Shown one piece after another: positions 40,956-50,841 of a stretch of 64,000 bases of DNA. The notes below the pieces were generated by a model that had not been told where the DNA came from, ran no database searches, and was given only the letters and a program-made list of their open reading frames with translations. Source of the DNA: Candidatus Oxydemutatoraceae bacterium (GTDB lineage Bacteria > Pseudomonadota > Gammaproteobacteria > Poriferisulfidales > Oxydemutatoraceae); assembly GCA_965219575.1 (NCBI GenBank), contig OZ244779.1:1324769-1388768 (forward strand). The letters run 5' to 3'. Every line of letters begins with the position of its first letter. Position 1 is the stretch's first letter. The position numbers were made by a program, and so were the translations under genes.

Positions 40956-43900
40956 TTATTGTAGCGGACCCTCTAAAAATAATTTTATACGCAGTCGAAT
41001 ACCTATAATCACGGCGAGCGTATATCTTTCCATTGCACCGTTATGCATCACATCGATGTAGACGTTATTGGTCCCACGGAATAACGGCATTATGGTAACC
41101 GCCTCACCGCTTGCGACGGGACGATCGATTGCGATGTCGTCATCCGGTGTATAGCGTACACTGATGGTGCGACCGGCTAAAGCCGTAGGTGTCATCGCAA
41201 CGGTGGTCATGGTATTTGCCACATTGACTTCGTAATCTAAGTCGCCGAGGCTAAAGTCGGGATTTAGTTTTAGCGTTTGAGAGTCTGCTTCTACCGTAAG
41301 CCCGGTTAAAGTTGCCGTACTTAGGCGTCTTATGACCAAGTTGTAATCCCTCGGAGCCATGCCGTCTGCCGTTGTTACCGACACAGTGATCGCATTGTCG
41401 CCTATGCGTAATGGCACCATACTATTTCGATTATTGTTGAAAGTAATCGTATGTGCAGTACTATTTGCCGTAGCCGTTATCTCAATCGGGTTTATAGTGT
41501 TTTCCACGATGGCTCGGTAACTTATCGTTGTATCCGGGCATTCGATGAAGTTCGGGCTGAGTGATCCCGATGATAGAAAAAGGGCGGTCAAGCAGGGTTC
41601 TAATCGCGTTACAATTAATGTATATCTCGCTGTTGCTCGATTATCTTGAGTTGTTACTGCAATAGTTAGGGTATTGCTCCCCACATTCAGAGGAACTACA
41701 TTTCCGCTTATGGAGTTTCCGTTGGCGGTAATAGTGATCCTATGTCCGGCACTATTGGCTGTGGGAGTTAATCTAATGCTCTCTATATCGCTGTTCACGG
41801 TTGTGGTATAGCGACTAATCTCTCTATTAAAGTCGGGGCTGAGCGTTCCGGGGAATAAAGACAATCCGATCAAAGCAGGGCTACGACGAGTAACTTGCAA
41901 TGTGTAGCTTGATGTCAATACGCCATCCGCCGATGTCACTCTTATAACGATGGTATTGTCTCCTACATTTAGCGGCACCGTGCTATTTATGAATTGACCG
42001 GGATTTAAGCCTCTGGATAGTGTGTTGCCGTTTATCGTGACCGATTGATTTATATGGGAGGTTTCAATCGTTATCCCGAGTAGACCGACATCGCTGTCGA
42101 CGGTTGCCGAATAATCCCTGACTACACCGGTGAAGGTTGAGTTGAGCGTACCTGCCGATAACGAAATATCTCTTAGGATAGCGGTAGATATTGGGGCTTT
42201 TTTTGCTTTTATCGTATAAGCTATAACGCAGGGAATATTCTGGAGGTTCGTCACTCTTATGTTTTCGACTCCTGCCCCTATCGCTTCCTCGTCGGAGATC
42301 AAGATAAAATCTAGAGTATTCGTGGCTTCTATTGTCACTGTGATGCCTTCATCGGATATAGATTCTCTCTCGATGGATTCGAAGCTATAACGATTCGGTA
42401 TCTGTCTGCCGATTTCGGTATATGTTTCCGAATCCACTCTATCTATGAAGTTTAACCCGCCCGATGTCGTGACTATATCGTACTCTCTGCCTATCGGATC
42501 GAAATCGTCGAGGCTTAGGTCGGGGAGTAGAGGACACTGAGAGTTTATATTTTCTATCGTCGTACTCTCCCAAGTTCCCACGGGATCGAAGTTTCTTTGT
42601 GCAAGCCGTATGATATCGACGATGTAAGTGTTTATTCTATTACCGTCTGCCGTCCGTACACCTACGGTAATCGTATCGGTATTAAAACCTAGGGGAATAG
42701 TTGCAGTTCCGGTTATGCGATTGCCGTTGACGGTGATTGTGTTGTTGCTATCCTCGGCACTCAATCTCAGTGTAATTTGTCGAGTATTACCGGGGACGGC
42801 TGCAAAATATCTAGAGACTGCGCCGTCAAAACTCGGATGCAGTGTTCCCGTAGATAAAGCAAGATTAGATAGACGCGGTGGTGGTTCATTACTATAAAGC
42901 GGACGTGCCGAGTCGTCGCAGCCGGAGGTATTTTGAGGGTAATATCTATTGCCTTGGTTTAGTGCACAACTGACACGACCGTCCTCGTAGATTTTATCAA
43001 ACCGAGATGCAAAACCGATGCATTGGTTGTCTGAGCCGTGTGTTAGCACGGCACGAACTTGATATCTGGGTCCCCATAAAGCACTACCCGATGCGCCGCT
43101 CGCTATCCCCCCGGTTATAGCCTCCATCCTGTAATGCGTACAATCTGCTATATTTCGACAAATTCTAAAAAGTGCTTCATTGTCTTCATAATTTATCGAT
43201 GCTACATTTTCTAGTCCGGTAACTTGATACCGCGCGTAGTTTTGTACCGTACTTTGTGCATGATGCAAAGTTTCCACAGTGGAATCAAGTGCAAGCCGAC
43301 TGGAACTCCAGCCTAACAATGCAGGAGAATTTGTTTGAAGCGACCCGCCGTCGAGTCGCCGTAAGGTATTTTTATTAACCCAAAGCAATGTCCAATCGGC
43401 TGCTTCACTTGCAGCGATGAACCTGACATCGGTTGCTACGAGTCGATCGCTGCTGGGCGAACAAGGAGAGCGACTGTTGTAGATTTCTGCATTAACAGCG
43501 CGACCTCTTTGAGTATTTGGGGAAAAGCCGGGATAAATACAATGAAATGCCGTTAAAAAATATATTTCTCTATCGCTTTGGGCATTATTCAGAAAGCTAC
43601 CGGTGCACGAGCCTGCTTGTCCCTGCGAATCGGTATAAATCATAAGGCCTATTGCGCTATGCACATCACTACCACTTCCGCAATTGAATGGGTTATTGAA
43701 TGGATTGTTGAATACAGGACATACATTTTGTTGTAGCTGTTGCGCGTGTTGCCCTCGTTGCATCTGCTGCTCGGAGTGACGTCCGAGGTTCGGAAGGTCT
43801 CCGTTCATATCTCTGAAGTAGTGATTTATGGATTTGATTTCAAACGGGAAAGTATCGGGGTTGAGGTTGCTATCTTGGGAAATCCATACTTCGATGACGA

Positions 43901-44399
43901 TGGTATCTCCGGGCACTCTCGTCGACCAGAAGTTTCTGGGATCTCTGGAAACATCACCTAGATACTCGTTTATATGACTCGTCACCGCTTTCTGCCCGGA
44001 GTATATCTTTATTTTTAGTTCGGGAATCAAGACCGCTTTATAAAAAAAAACCTGCATCCCGAGTGCGTCCGGAGATTTGATATGTAGCTGCCAGATATTA
44101 AAAGTTTTTTTCGTACCGACCCGTTTCCAGTTGGAGGCTACCACCGAGACATCGCGCTTAATCGTCAAATAGGTGCGATTCTTATCTTGAATCAAGTCGG
44201 CAATTTCTTGTTTTTCTTGAGCATTCAGTCGGGGTAAAACCAGTGTCGCACTGGAAGGGTAAAGCCACATCATCTCTCTTGCGCTTTCTATTACGGTCGG
44301 TTGGAAGTATGTTCCGGGCGACATAGGGACATCGGCTTCTATTGTTGCAGCAACGGACAAGCATATTGTTGCGCCTATCATCTCTAACTGTCTTCTCAT
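40956..44399 (-). CDS. Secreted trypsin-like (lysyl-endopeptidase-like) serine protease with cadherin-like beta-sandwich repeats
   Basis: Signal peptide; triad LTAFHC / ADWTLL / GASGSAL; about five L..L.LS.G.L.P.F...Y...V domains. Confidence 0.8.
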   Translation of the reverse strand: MRRQLEMIGATICLSVAATIEADVPMSPGTYFQPTVIESAREMMWLYPSSATLVLPRLNAQEKQEIADLIQDKNRTYLTIKRDVSVVASNWKRVGTKKTFNIWQLHIKSPDALGMQVFFYKAVLIPELKIKIYSGQKAVTSHINEYLGDVSRDPRNFWSTRVPGDTIVIEVWISQDSNLNPDTFPFEIKSINHYFRDMNGDLPNLGRHSEQQMQRGQHAQQLQQNVCPVFNNPFNNPFNCGSGSDVHSAIGLMIYTDSQGQAGSCTGSFLNNAQSDREIYFLTAFHCIYPGFSPNTQRGRAVNAEIYNSRSPCSPSSDRLVATDVRFIAASEAADWTLLWVNKNTLRRLDGGSLQTNSPALLGWSSSRLALDSTVETLHHAQSTVQNYARYQVTGLENVASINYEDNEALFRICRNIADCTHYRMEAITGGIASGASGSALWGPRYQVRAVLTHGSDNQCIGFASRFDKIYEDGRVSCALNQGNRYYPQNTSGCDDSARPLYSNEPPPRLSNLALSTGTLHPSFDGAVSRYFAAVPGNTRQITLRLSAEDSNNTITVNGNRITGTATIPLGFNTDTITVGVRTADGNRINTYIVDIIRLAQRNFDPVGTWESTTIENINSQCPLLPDLSLDDFDPIGREYDIVTTSGGLNFIDRVDSETYTEIGRQIPNRYSFESIERESISDEGITVTIEATNTLDFILISDEEAIGAGVENIRVTNLQNIPCVIAYTIKAKKAPISTAILRDISLSAGTLNSTFTGVVRDYSATVDSDVGLLGITIETSHINQSVTINGNTLSRGLNPGQFINSTVPLNVGDNTIVIRVTSADGVLTSSYTLQVTRRSPALIGLSLFPGTLSPDFNREISRYTTTVNSDIESIRLTPTANSAGHRITITANGNSISGNVVPLNVGSNTLTIAVTTQDNRATARYTLIVTRLEPCLTALFLSSGSLSPNFIECPDTTISYRAIVENTINPIEITATANSTAHTITFNNNRNSMVPLRIGDNAITVSVTTADGMAPRDYNLVIRRLSTATLTGLTVEADSQTLKLNPDFSLGDLDYEVNVANTMTTVAMTPTALAGRTISVRYTPDDDIAIDRPVASGEAVTIMPLFRGTNNVYIDVMHNGAMERYTLAVIIGIRLRIKLFLEGPLQ

Positions 44400-44480
44400 C
44401 TGATCGATTTTTTAATCTTCCTTTGAATGTACAGGTTTAATTGTACAACCTTAATCATTGAATAAAAATATGTAAGCCTC

Positions 44481-44514
44481 ACATCGCTTGTGCTACTGCA
44501 ACAAGCGATGGCAG
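44481..44514. repeat. Hairpin repeat copy 1 (interrupted at its end by the IS3 element)
   Basis: ACATCGCTTGTGCTACTGCAACAAGCGATGGCAG, identical to 45809-45842. Confidence 0.9.
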
Positions 44515-44602
44515 TGACGTTCTCCCAAAATTTAGTACTAATGCTTAAAGTTAGTTTTTCCGATAAACTAGAGAAGTTAAAAACATTACAGGAGAACTTA
44601 AC

Positions 44603-44869
44603 ATGAAGAGAAAACGTTTTAGTGAAGAACAAATCATTAAGGCATTAAAGTCAAATCAAGCCGGCATGAAAGTAATCGATATCTGTCGTGATCTAGGCAT
44701 CGCCGAACAGACATTTTATCGCTGGCGCAGCAAGTATAATGGCATGGAAGTGGCAGAAGCTAAACGCCTGCGAGAGCTTGAAGCCGATAATAGCAAGCTC
44801 AAGAAGCTATTGGCTGAATCGGTGATGCAGTGTGAAACACTTAAGGAGGTATTATCAAAAAAGTGGTAA
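44603..44869 (+). CDS. IS3 transposase OrfA
   Basis: RFSEEQII, TFYRWRSKY; AAAAAAG -1 slippery site at 44857-44863. Confidence 0.93.
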   Translation: MKRKRFSEEQIIKALKSNQAGMKVIDICRDLGIAEQTFYRWRSKYNGMEVAEAKRLRELEADNSKLKKLLAESVMQCETLKEVLSKKW

Positions 44870-45687
44870 AGCCGGCGCAACGCAAGCAGATTGTCAAAGA
44901 TCTAGTGAGCGCGGGTCGGCATAGTGAACGCACTGCGTGTGCCCTTGCCAGTATTAGTCGCACTGCATATCGCTATCAGGGCAACCAAGCCGATAAAGAT
45001 CGTCAACTGGAAGTTGCGTTATTGGAGAAGGCAAAGCAATATCCACATTATGGCTATAAGATGTTGCATGCGCTTTTGAAGAGCGAAGGCCGGGTCGTCA
45101 ATGTGAAGCGTACCTATAGGCTTTATAAGAAGCTCAGGCTCGAATTGAGAACCAAGAAGCGCAAGAAGCTGTGTCATCCGCGTGGCGTGCCGAAAACACC
45201 GGCAACGGTGAATGAGTGCTGGTCAATGGACTTTGTGCATGACCAGTTTAGCGACGGCAGATGCTTTCGGGTATTGAACATAGTAGATAACTTCAGCCGT
45301 GAATGTGTCGGACAGATTGTTGATGTTTCGATCACCGGTCAACGCGTAGCAAACTATCTATCCGAATTGATAGAATGGCTCGGTGTGAAGCCGGCACGCA
45401 TCGTCTGCGACAATGGCACCGAGTTTAGATGCAAGGCGATGTTCCACTGGAGCCGAGATCAGCAGGTGGAATTGGACTTTATCCAACCCGGCAAACCGAC
45501 CCAGAATGCCTTTGTAGAAAGTTTCAACGGCAAGTTCCGAGACGGTTGTCTGAACCAGTTCTGGTTTCGTTCAATAAAAGAGGCGAGAGAGATTATAGAA
45601 GCCTGGCGAATAGATTATAATGAAGTGCGTCCGCACAGCGCATTGGGTTATCAACCCCCAAGTGTATTTGCGGAGGCTATAGCATGA
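44863..45687 (+). CDS. IS3 transposase OrfB (DDE)
   Basis: WSMDF, DNGTEF, QNAFVESFNGKFRD, RPHSALG. Confidence 0.93.
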   Translation: MVKPAQRKQIVKDLVSAGRHSERTACALASISRTAYRYQGNQADKDRQLEVALLEKAKQYPHYGYKMLHALLKSEGRVVNVKRTYRLYKKLRLELRTKKRKKLCHPRGVPKTPATVNECWSMDFVHDQFSDGRCFRVLNIVDNFSRECVGQIVDVSITGQRVANYLSELIEWLGVKPARIVCDNGTEFRCKAMFHWSRDQQVELDFIQPGKPTQNAFVESFNGKFRDGCLNQFWFRSIKEAREIIEAWRIDYNEVRPHSALGYQPPSVFAEAIA

Positions 45688-45808
45688 AAACTAACTTTGT
45701 ATATGGTAATAAAAATGGGGTAACGTCAGCAGTATCTTTTTGTACTCGCTGAGGATAAACTTTAGTTTATCCGATCTACATACCCAAGTTAAGGTTCTGC
45801 AAGATGTT

Positions 45809-45844
45809 ACATCGCTTGTGCTACTGCAACAAGCGATGGCAGTA
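45809..45844. repeat. Hairpin repeat copy 2
   Basis: 10-bp stem CATCGCTTGT/ACAAGCGATG. Confidence 0.9.
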
Positions 45845-45860
45845 CTTGCTTAAATTATAA

Positions 45861-45885
45861 AAATAATTATAATAATTCTTATTTA
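45861..45885 (+). promoter_or_regulatory. Possible Fur box
   Basis: AATAATTATAATAATTCTTATTT upstream of an Fe(III)-binding protein gene; AT-rich, so weak evidence. Confidence 0.45.
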
Positions 45886-45934
45886 GCATAGCGGAATTTA
45901 CCATAGAAATAGCAACTAGATAGGAGTTTTATGG

Positions 45935-46933
45935 ATGAAAGTTTTATTGTTTTTTTTGATATTTTTTAATGTTGCATATGCCGAAGTCAATGTGTATTCG
46001 GCTAGAGAAGAGACTTTGATTAAACCCATATTGGATGTATTCAACGAGCAGACCGACATCAAGGTGAATCTGGTGACTGCAAAAGCCGATGCGTTGATCG
46101 AGCGGCTTCAACGCGAAGGACAAGATAGCCTTGCCGATGTGTTGCTTACTACCGATGTGGCGCGTCTGCACAGAGCGAAACAAGCCGATCTATTGCAAGC
46201 GATAGAATCGGAGACACTGACCGAGATAGTTTCTCCCATATATAGAGATTCGGATAATCAATGGTTCGGGTTATCGGTGCGGGCGAGGATTATCACCACG
46301 GTTGAAGGAAAACTATCGCCGGATGAAAGGCCGATGCGTTACGAATCTTTGGCCGACGAACGATGGCGTGGAAATATTTGCATACGCTCTTCCACCAATG
46401 TCTACAATCAATCCTTAGTGGCATCTATGATACACGCAAACGGTAGCGAGGCAACTTATGATTGGGCGCAGGCGTTGGTTGCCAACTTCGCCAGACCTCC
46501 GGTCGGCGGTGATCGAGATCAGGTATTGGCAGCGGCGGGGGGACTGTGCGACATTGCGGTAATCAACACCTACTATTTAGCCTATATGCTGGCTAACCCC
46601 GACCCGGTTCAGAAAAATGCTGCCGAGCAGATGCAGGTGATATGGCCTAACCAAGAAGATCGCGGCACGCATGTGAATATCAGCGGTGCCGGTGTTACCC
46701 GCTCTGCTAAAAATAAAGACGATGCGATACGGTTGCTTGAGTTTTTAGTCGGCGAGGAGGCGCAGTATTGGTACAGTAATACGAACTACGAATACCCCAT
46801 ACGCAATGATGTAAAGATCGGTGACATTTTGAATTCGTGGGGAGAATTTAAAGCCGACACCATTGGGCTCGACAAATTCGGCGAATTGAATTCCGAAGCG
46901 GTCAAGTTGATGGATAAAGCCGGTTGGCAATAG
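45935..46933 (+). CDS. Fe(III) ABC transporter substrate-binding protein (FutA/FbpA family)
   Basis: VNVYSAR, RSSTNVYNQSL, GGDRDQ, NTYY, HVNISG. Confidence 0.92.
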   Translation: MKVLLFFLIFFNVAYAEVNVYSAREETLIKPILDVFNEQTDIKVNLVTAKADALIERLQREGQDSLADVLLTTDVARLHRAKQADLLQAIESETLTEIVSPIYRDSDNQWFGLSVRARIITTVEGKLSPDERPMRYESLADERWRGNICIRSSTNVYNQSLVASMIHANGSEATYDWAQALVANFARPPVGGDRDQVLAAAGGLCDIAVINTYYLAYMLANPDPVQKNAAEQMQVIWPNQEDRGTHVNISGAGVTRSAKNKDDAIRLLEFLVGEEAQYWYSNTNYEYPIRNDVKIGDILNSWGEFKADTIGLDKFGELNSEAVKLMDKAGWQ

Positions 46934-46955
46934 AATATCCATAAAGTATTCAATT

Positions 46956-47124
46956 GGGGCTGTTGAAGAAGTATTTCATGCACCGTAGGGGCGGACTAAC
47001 ATGTCCGCCCGTAACGCGTTTCGCCGGCACGATTTATACATTCATTCATCCAGTTTATGGAAACCAAAACCATACGGCGCAAGCGGTTGCAATTTTGCAA
47101 AAACAGTACTTTTTCAGCAGCACC
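46956..47124. mobile_element. MITE-like modular repeat containing an empty IS110 target REP
   Basis: TIRs GGGGCTGTTGAAGAAGT / ACTTTTTCAGCAGCACC; GTAGGGGCGGACTAACATGTCCGCCC. Confidence 0.8.
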
Positions 47125-47132
47125 AATTAAAT

Positions 47133-48728
47133 ATGTTTTTAATAAGCCAGAGGTTCCTTACCTTACTGGTAGTATTGCCTGCCACCGCACTGATTGCTTC
47201 ATTTGTGGTGCCGGATATAGAGGTATGGCAACATTTAATAGATACTAATCTGCTCGATTACATTGCGAACTCGTTACTGCTCTGTATCGGTGTTGCGATA
47301 GTCTGTTTTGCCATCGGCACCGCAGGTGCTTGCTTATGCGTGATGTGTCGCTTTCCCGGGCAGCGTTTTTTATCGTGGGCGATGATATTGCCGTTGGCTT
47401 TTCCGCCTTATATCGTGGCATACACTTATACCGGTATACTCGACTACGGTGGCTGGTTTAATACTTGGTGGCACTTGGGTTTGGGTTTTCCCGCACCGCC
47501 TATACGCTCTTTGACCGGGGCTATTTTGGTAATCGGTTTCGTATTGTATCCCTATGTTTATTTGCTTGTTTATACGATACTCGTCTCGCAATCCAGAAAT
47601 CTGATCGACGCGGCGCGCCTATGCGGCTTAAACGCAAAACAAATTTTTTTGCGCTTGATATTGCCGATGATACGCCCGGCGGCAATCGCCGGCATTGCAA
47701 TCGTAATAATGGAGTCTTTGGCGAATTATGCAACGGTGCAGTATTTCGGCGTGCAAACATTGAGCGTCGGCATATTCAAGGTATGGTTGGGATTGGGTAG
47801 TCTCACCGGTGCTGCACAGTTGTCGTTAATTATACTGGTGTTTACCGCATTGGTAGTCTCCATAGAAAAAAGTGCAAGAAAGCGTATTTCTTACTATAAT
47901 CAAGGATGCCATCTGCCGTTGCGTGCAATCTATCCTCTGCGCGGCACCCAAATCGTCGTTGCCTGGCTGATTTGCGGATTGCCCATTGCGTTGGGTTTTC
48001 TGATTCCGTTGCTACAACTTATCGTATGGGCTTATCGCTACGGTACCGAAAGATTTGACATCGGTTATTTGCATCTAATCTTCAATTCGGTGACTTTAGG
48101 CTTAAGCGCAGCTTTGATCGTAGTGTTCATTGCGACGATTATGGCGTACGGTCAGCGTCTACATTCATCGTCCAAGTGGCAGTGGCTCGATAAGCTGGCA
48201 ACATCGGGTTATGCGATACCCGGCATAGTAATTGGTATCGGAGTGTTGATTGTAAATAGCACGATAGAAGGTTTGGTTAATAAGACTTTACTTTCTTTTG
48301 ATTTTGCCTCCTGGGGTTTATTTTTGAGCGGCACGATAGTTGCATTATTGTTTGCTTATACCGTACGTTTTATGACTTTAGGTTATAACACCATTGCAAG
48401 TAGCCTGACAAAAATATCACCTAATATAGACTATGCGGCGAGTTCGTGCGGGGCGAATAAACTGAAAGCACTGCGTTTGATTCATGTTCCTTTGATACGC
48501 TCGGGATTATTGAGCGCAGCGTTGCTGATATTTGCGGACGTGGTTAAGGAATTGCCGGCAACATTGGTACTGAGGCCTTTTGAGTTCAATACTCTCGCTA
48601 TACGTACCTACGAATTGGCTTCAACCGAGCGTATCAACGATATTGCGATTCCTTCTCTTAGTATCGTCGCTATCAGCTTGCTTTCGATTATATTGGTGGC
48701 ACAACGTATTGCGCCGTATAAAAAATGA
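47133..48728 (+). CDS. Fe(III) ABC transporter permease
   Basis: LPLAFPPYIVAY, YPYVYL, KELPATLVLRPF; ORF-track N-extension comes from the repeat. Confidence 0.9.
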   Translation: MFLISQRFLTLLVVLPATALIASFVVPDIEVWQHLIDTNLLDYIANSLLLCIGVAIVCFAIGTAGACLCVMCRFPGQRFLSWAMILPLAFPPYIVAYTYTGILDYGGWFNTWWHLGLGFPAPPIRSLTGAILVIGFVLYPYVYLLVYTILVSQSRNLIDAARLCGLNAKQIFLRLILPMIRPAAIAGIAIVIMESLANYATVQYFGVQTLSVGIFKVWLGLGSLTGAAQLSLIILVFTALVVSIEKSARKRISYYNQGCHLPLRAIYPLRGTQIVVAWLICGLPIALGFLIPLLQLIVWAYRYGTERFDIGYLHLIFNSVTLGLSAALIVVFIATIMAYGQRLHSSSKWQWLDKLATSGYAIPGIVIGIGVLIVNSTIEGLVNKTLLSFDFASWGLFLSGTIVALLFAYTVRFMTLGYNTIASSLTKISPNIDYAASSCGANKLKALRLIHVPLIRSGLLSAALLIFADVVKELPATLVLRPFEFNTLAIRTYELASTERINDIAIPSLSIVAISLLSIILVAQRIAPYKK

Positions 48729-48738
48729 GGTTACGGAG

Positions 48739-49806
48739 ATGTTGGAACTACAAAACCTAAGCGTTGCAATCGACGAGCAGACGATCGTTAAGAACGCTTC
48801 TTTGAATATTGAAACCGGAAAAATAGGATGTTTGCTCGGACCTAGCGGTAGCGGTAAGAGCACTTTACTCAGATGTATCGCAGGCTTTCATCGTGCGTTA
48901 ACGGGTTGTGTTTATTTAGAAAATAATTTGATAGAAAGCCCGAGGCAGCGAGTTGCCGTGGAAGCTCGGCGTATCGGTGTTATGTTCCAAGACTATGCGT
49001 TGTTTCCACATCTCACGGTTGAAGAGAATATCGGCTTCGGTATTCATTCTATGGGACGGCGCGAATATCAAGTGCGCCTCAAGCGTATGCTCAACCTAAC
49101 CGAGCTCGGTGTTTATTCGGACTGCTACCCCAACGAATTATCGGGCGGACAACAACAACGCGTCGCATTGGCACGAGCACTCGCACCATTACCCAAACTA
49201 CTATTGTTGGACGAACCTTTTTCCAATATAGACAGTCAACTCAAGCTACAAATGGTACAGGAAATGAGGGAACTATTGATCGACATGAATATCACCACAC
49301 TGATGGTAAGCCACGACCAAAGTGAATCGCTGGCGATGTCGGATAATTTAGGCTTGATGCTCGAGGGGCGGATATTGCAGTGGAGCAAGACTTACGATTT
49401 TTATCATCGTCCCATATCTCGCCAAGTTGCAACCTTTATAGGAATGGGGACTATGCTGCGCGGCACGCTCACCGAAAATAAAACCATCAAAACCGCACTC
49501 GGTGAATTACTCCCTACACCGGACACCTTGCTTCCGCAAGGCAGAGAGGTCGATGTGCTGATTCGTCCCGACGATATAATCCACGACGACGACAGCGACT
49601 TCCAAGCGACGATCAAAAAAAAGGAATTCAGAGGCGCACAGTTTCTTTATTTACTGCATTTGAGCAACGGCGATCATGTTCAATGCTTCGCTCCCAGCCA
49701 TCACGATCATAGCATCGGCGAACAAATCGGCATCCGTGTAGATATGGAGCATGTGGTGTGCTTTCCCGTCAACGAACCGCCGATTGAGCCTGTACGGGCG
49801 GGATAG
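48739..49806 (+). CDS. Fe(III) ABC transporter ATPase
   Basis: [33 protein letters not shown]. Confidence 0.92.
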   Translation: MLELQNLSVAIDEQTIVKNASLNIETGKIGCLLGPSGSGKSTLLRCIAGFHRALTGCVYLENNLIESPRQRVAVEARRIGVMFQDYALFPHLTVEENIGFGIHSMGRREYQVRLKRMLNLTELGVYSDCYPNELSGGQQQRVALARALAPLPKLLLLDEPFSNIDSQLKLQMVQEMRELLIDMNITTLMVSHDQSESLAMSDNLGLMLEGRILQWSKTYDFYHRPISRQVATFIGMGTMLRGTLTENKTIKTALGELLPTPDTLLPQGREVDVLIRPDDIIHDDDSDFQATIKKKEFRGAQFLYLLHLSNGDHVQCFAPSHHDHSIGEQIGIRVDMEHVVCFPVNEPPIEPVRAG

Positions 49807-49840
49807 AGCCGCCGATTGAGCCGGTAGCTCAGTCTAAGTA

Positions 49841-49931
49841 GAGCCTGTTAACTATTTTGTGTAACTTCGTTTTCCTCAATATCAAATCTGCCTTTGTATT
49901 CAATAGCTAATCGGTTCATCGCCGGTGATCA
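49841..49931 (-). mobile_element. IS256-like right-end remnant
   Basis: Minus strand encodes PAMNRLAIEYKGRFDIEENEVTQNS* with end TTACACAAAATAGTTAACAGGCTC. Confidence 0.55.
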
Positions 49932-50041
49932 CTTTGCATTGCAGGTGATAGGTCATTACTGCGATGCTCTAAAAGGTTTTGATGCTTGCAGTGCCTTTTC
50001 CCTTTGGTTTTAATGTCTATTTTCATTGTGGTATACTTTCG

Positions 50042-50141
50042 GTGTGTGGCAAGCACCCGAAGGGTGAAATTAGGTTAGGCTTTAAGTTCATTCGGCTACT
50101 ACAAACACCTAACTGTTTGCGAGACTCCGCTTGCCACGCAC
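50042..50141 (+). ncRNA. Candidate ~100-nt structured RNA (multi-stem junction)
   Basis: 13-bp closing stem GTGTGTGGCAAGC/GCTTGCCACGCAC; inner ACCC-GAA-GGGT and GTTAGG/CCTAAC; TGnTATACT at 50029-50037. Confidence 0.55.
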
Positions 50142-50142
50142 T

Positions 50143-50683
50143 CTAGTTATTTTCATAAAGCAAAGTTCCGGTTCGTTGATTATCTACATAATTTTCTTGC
50201 ACTGGTATAGCATTCCAAAACAAACTGCCGTTTATATTCTCCCGAGCGATTATCAGCATATTCTTTCTCCCTCTAAATAATTTAATAAACCGACGACGGA
50301 AACTACCGTCATCATATCTAGCCAACCAAATTTCATTCGGGTCAGTCAATGTAGGGAGAATAAAATTAGCATACCTTTCTCGAGTAGCTAGCCGTTTCCC
50401 GGATATATACCTTAATCCTCTCTTGCTAACGACAACCGGTTCTAGTGGTGTGCGAATGTTGCGAAAGTCGTTTTTTTTACCAAACACAGCTTTCATGATT
50501 TGAGCGTAAGCGAGGTCACTTGAATCTGCTTTAGGTGAGCTTAGGAGGCTCTGCAAACGCAGAGTCCGGAAGTTCTTTTACGCCGGGTAATCCGTAGTCT
50601 CCATATTCTTTTTGATCGGATTCTATGATGGCGACACCTTTACCGCAACCGCCGACTTGATCGGACAATGCGCCGACACATAC
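50143..50683 (-). pseudogene. PBECR2-like nuclease-fold domain (MuF/phage-type C-terminal domain), frameshifted and 5'-truncated
   Basis: RERYANFILPTLTDPNEIW..RRRFIKLF; upstream frame ..EPPKL joins PKADS by a frameshift near 50535; cut by the MITE at 50684. Confidence 0.6.
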
Positions 50684-50841
50684 GGGCTGTTGAAAAAGTA
50701 CTGTTTTTGCAAAATTGTAACCGCTTGCGCCCCTCAATTACGCAAAACACCTGTAGGGGCGGACTAGCATGATGCCTTATTAAAAATCAAGTCATTTTAT
50801 TCATTTTTTATCTCCGTTTTATATTTTTCCTGAGTATCGAT

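Larger units (their letters stand above)
44515..45728 (+). mobile_element. IS3-family element (IS407-like), complete
   Basis: Ends TGACGTTCTCCCA / TGGGGTAACGTCA; 4-bp target duplication GCAG (44511-44514, 45729-45732). Confidence 0.93.

Noticed and set aside
44481-45844. 34-bp target-site duplication of the IS3
   Set aside because: The true duplication is 4 bp (GCAG); the second long repeat lies 80 bp beyond the IS end
47001-47132. Repeat-derived N-terminal extension of the iron permease (similarly 55332-55457 for the PilP-like gene)
   Set aside because: Better starts exist downstream; no evidence of translation
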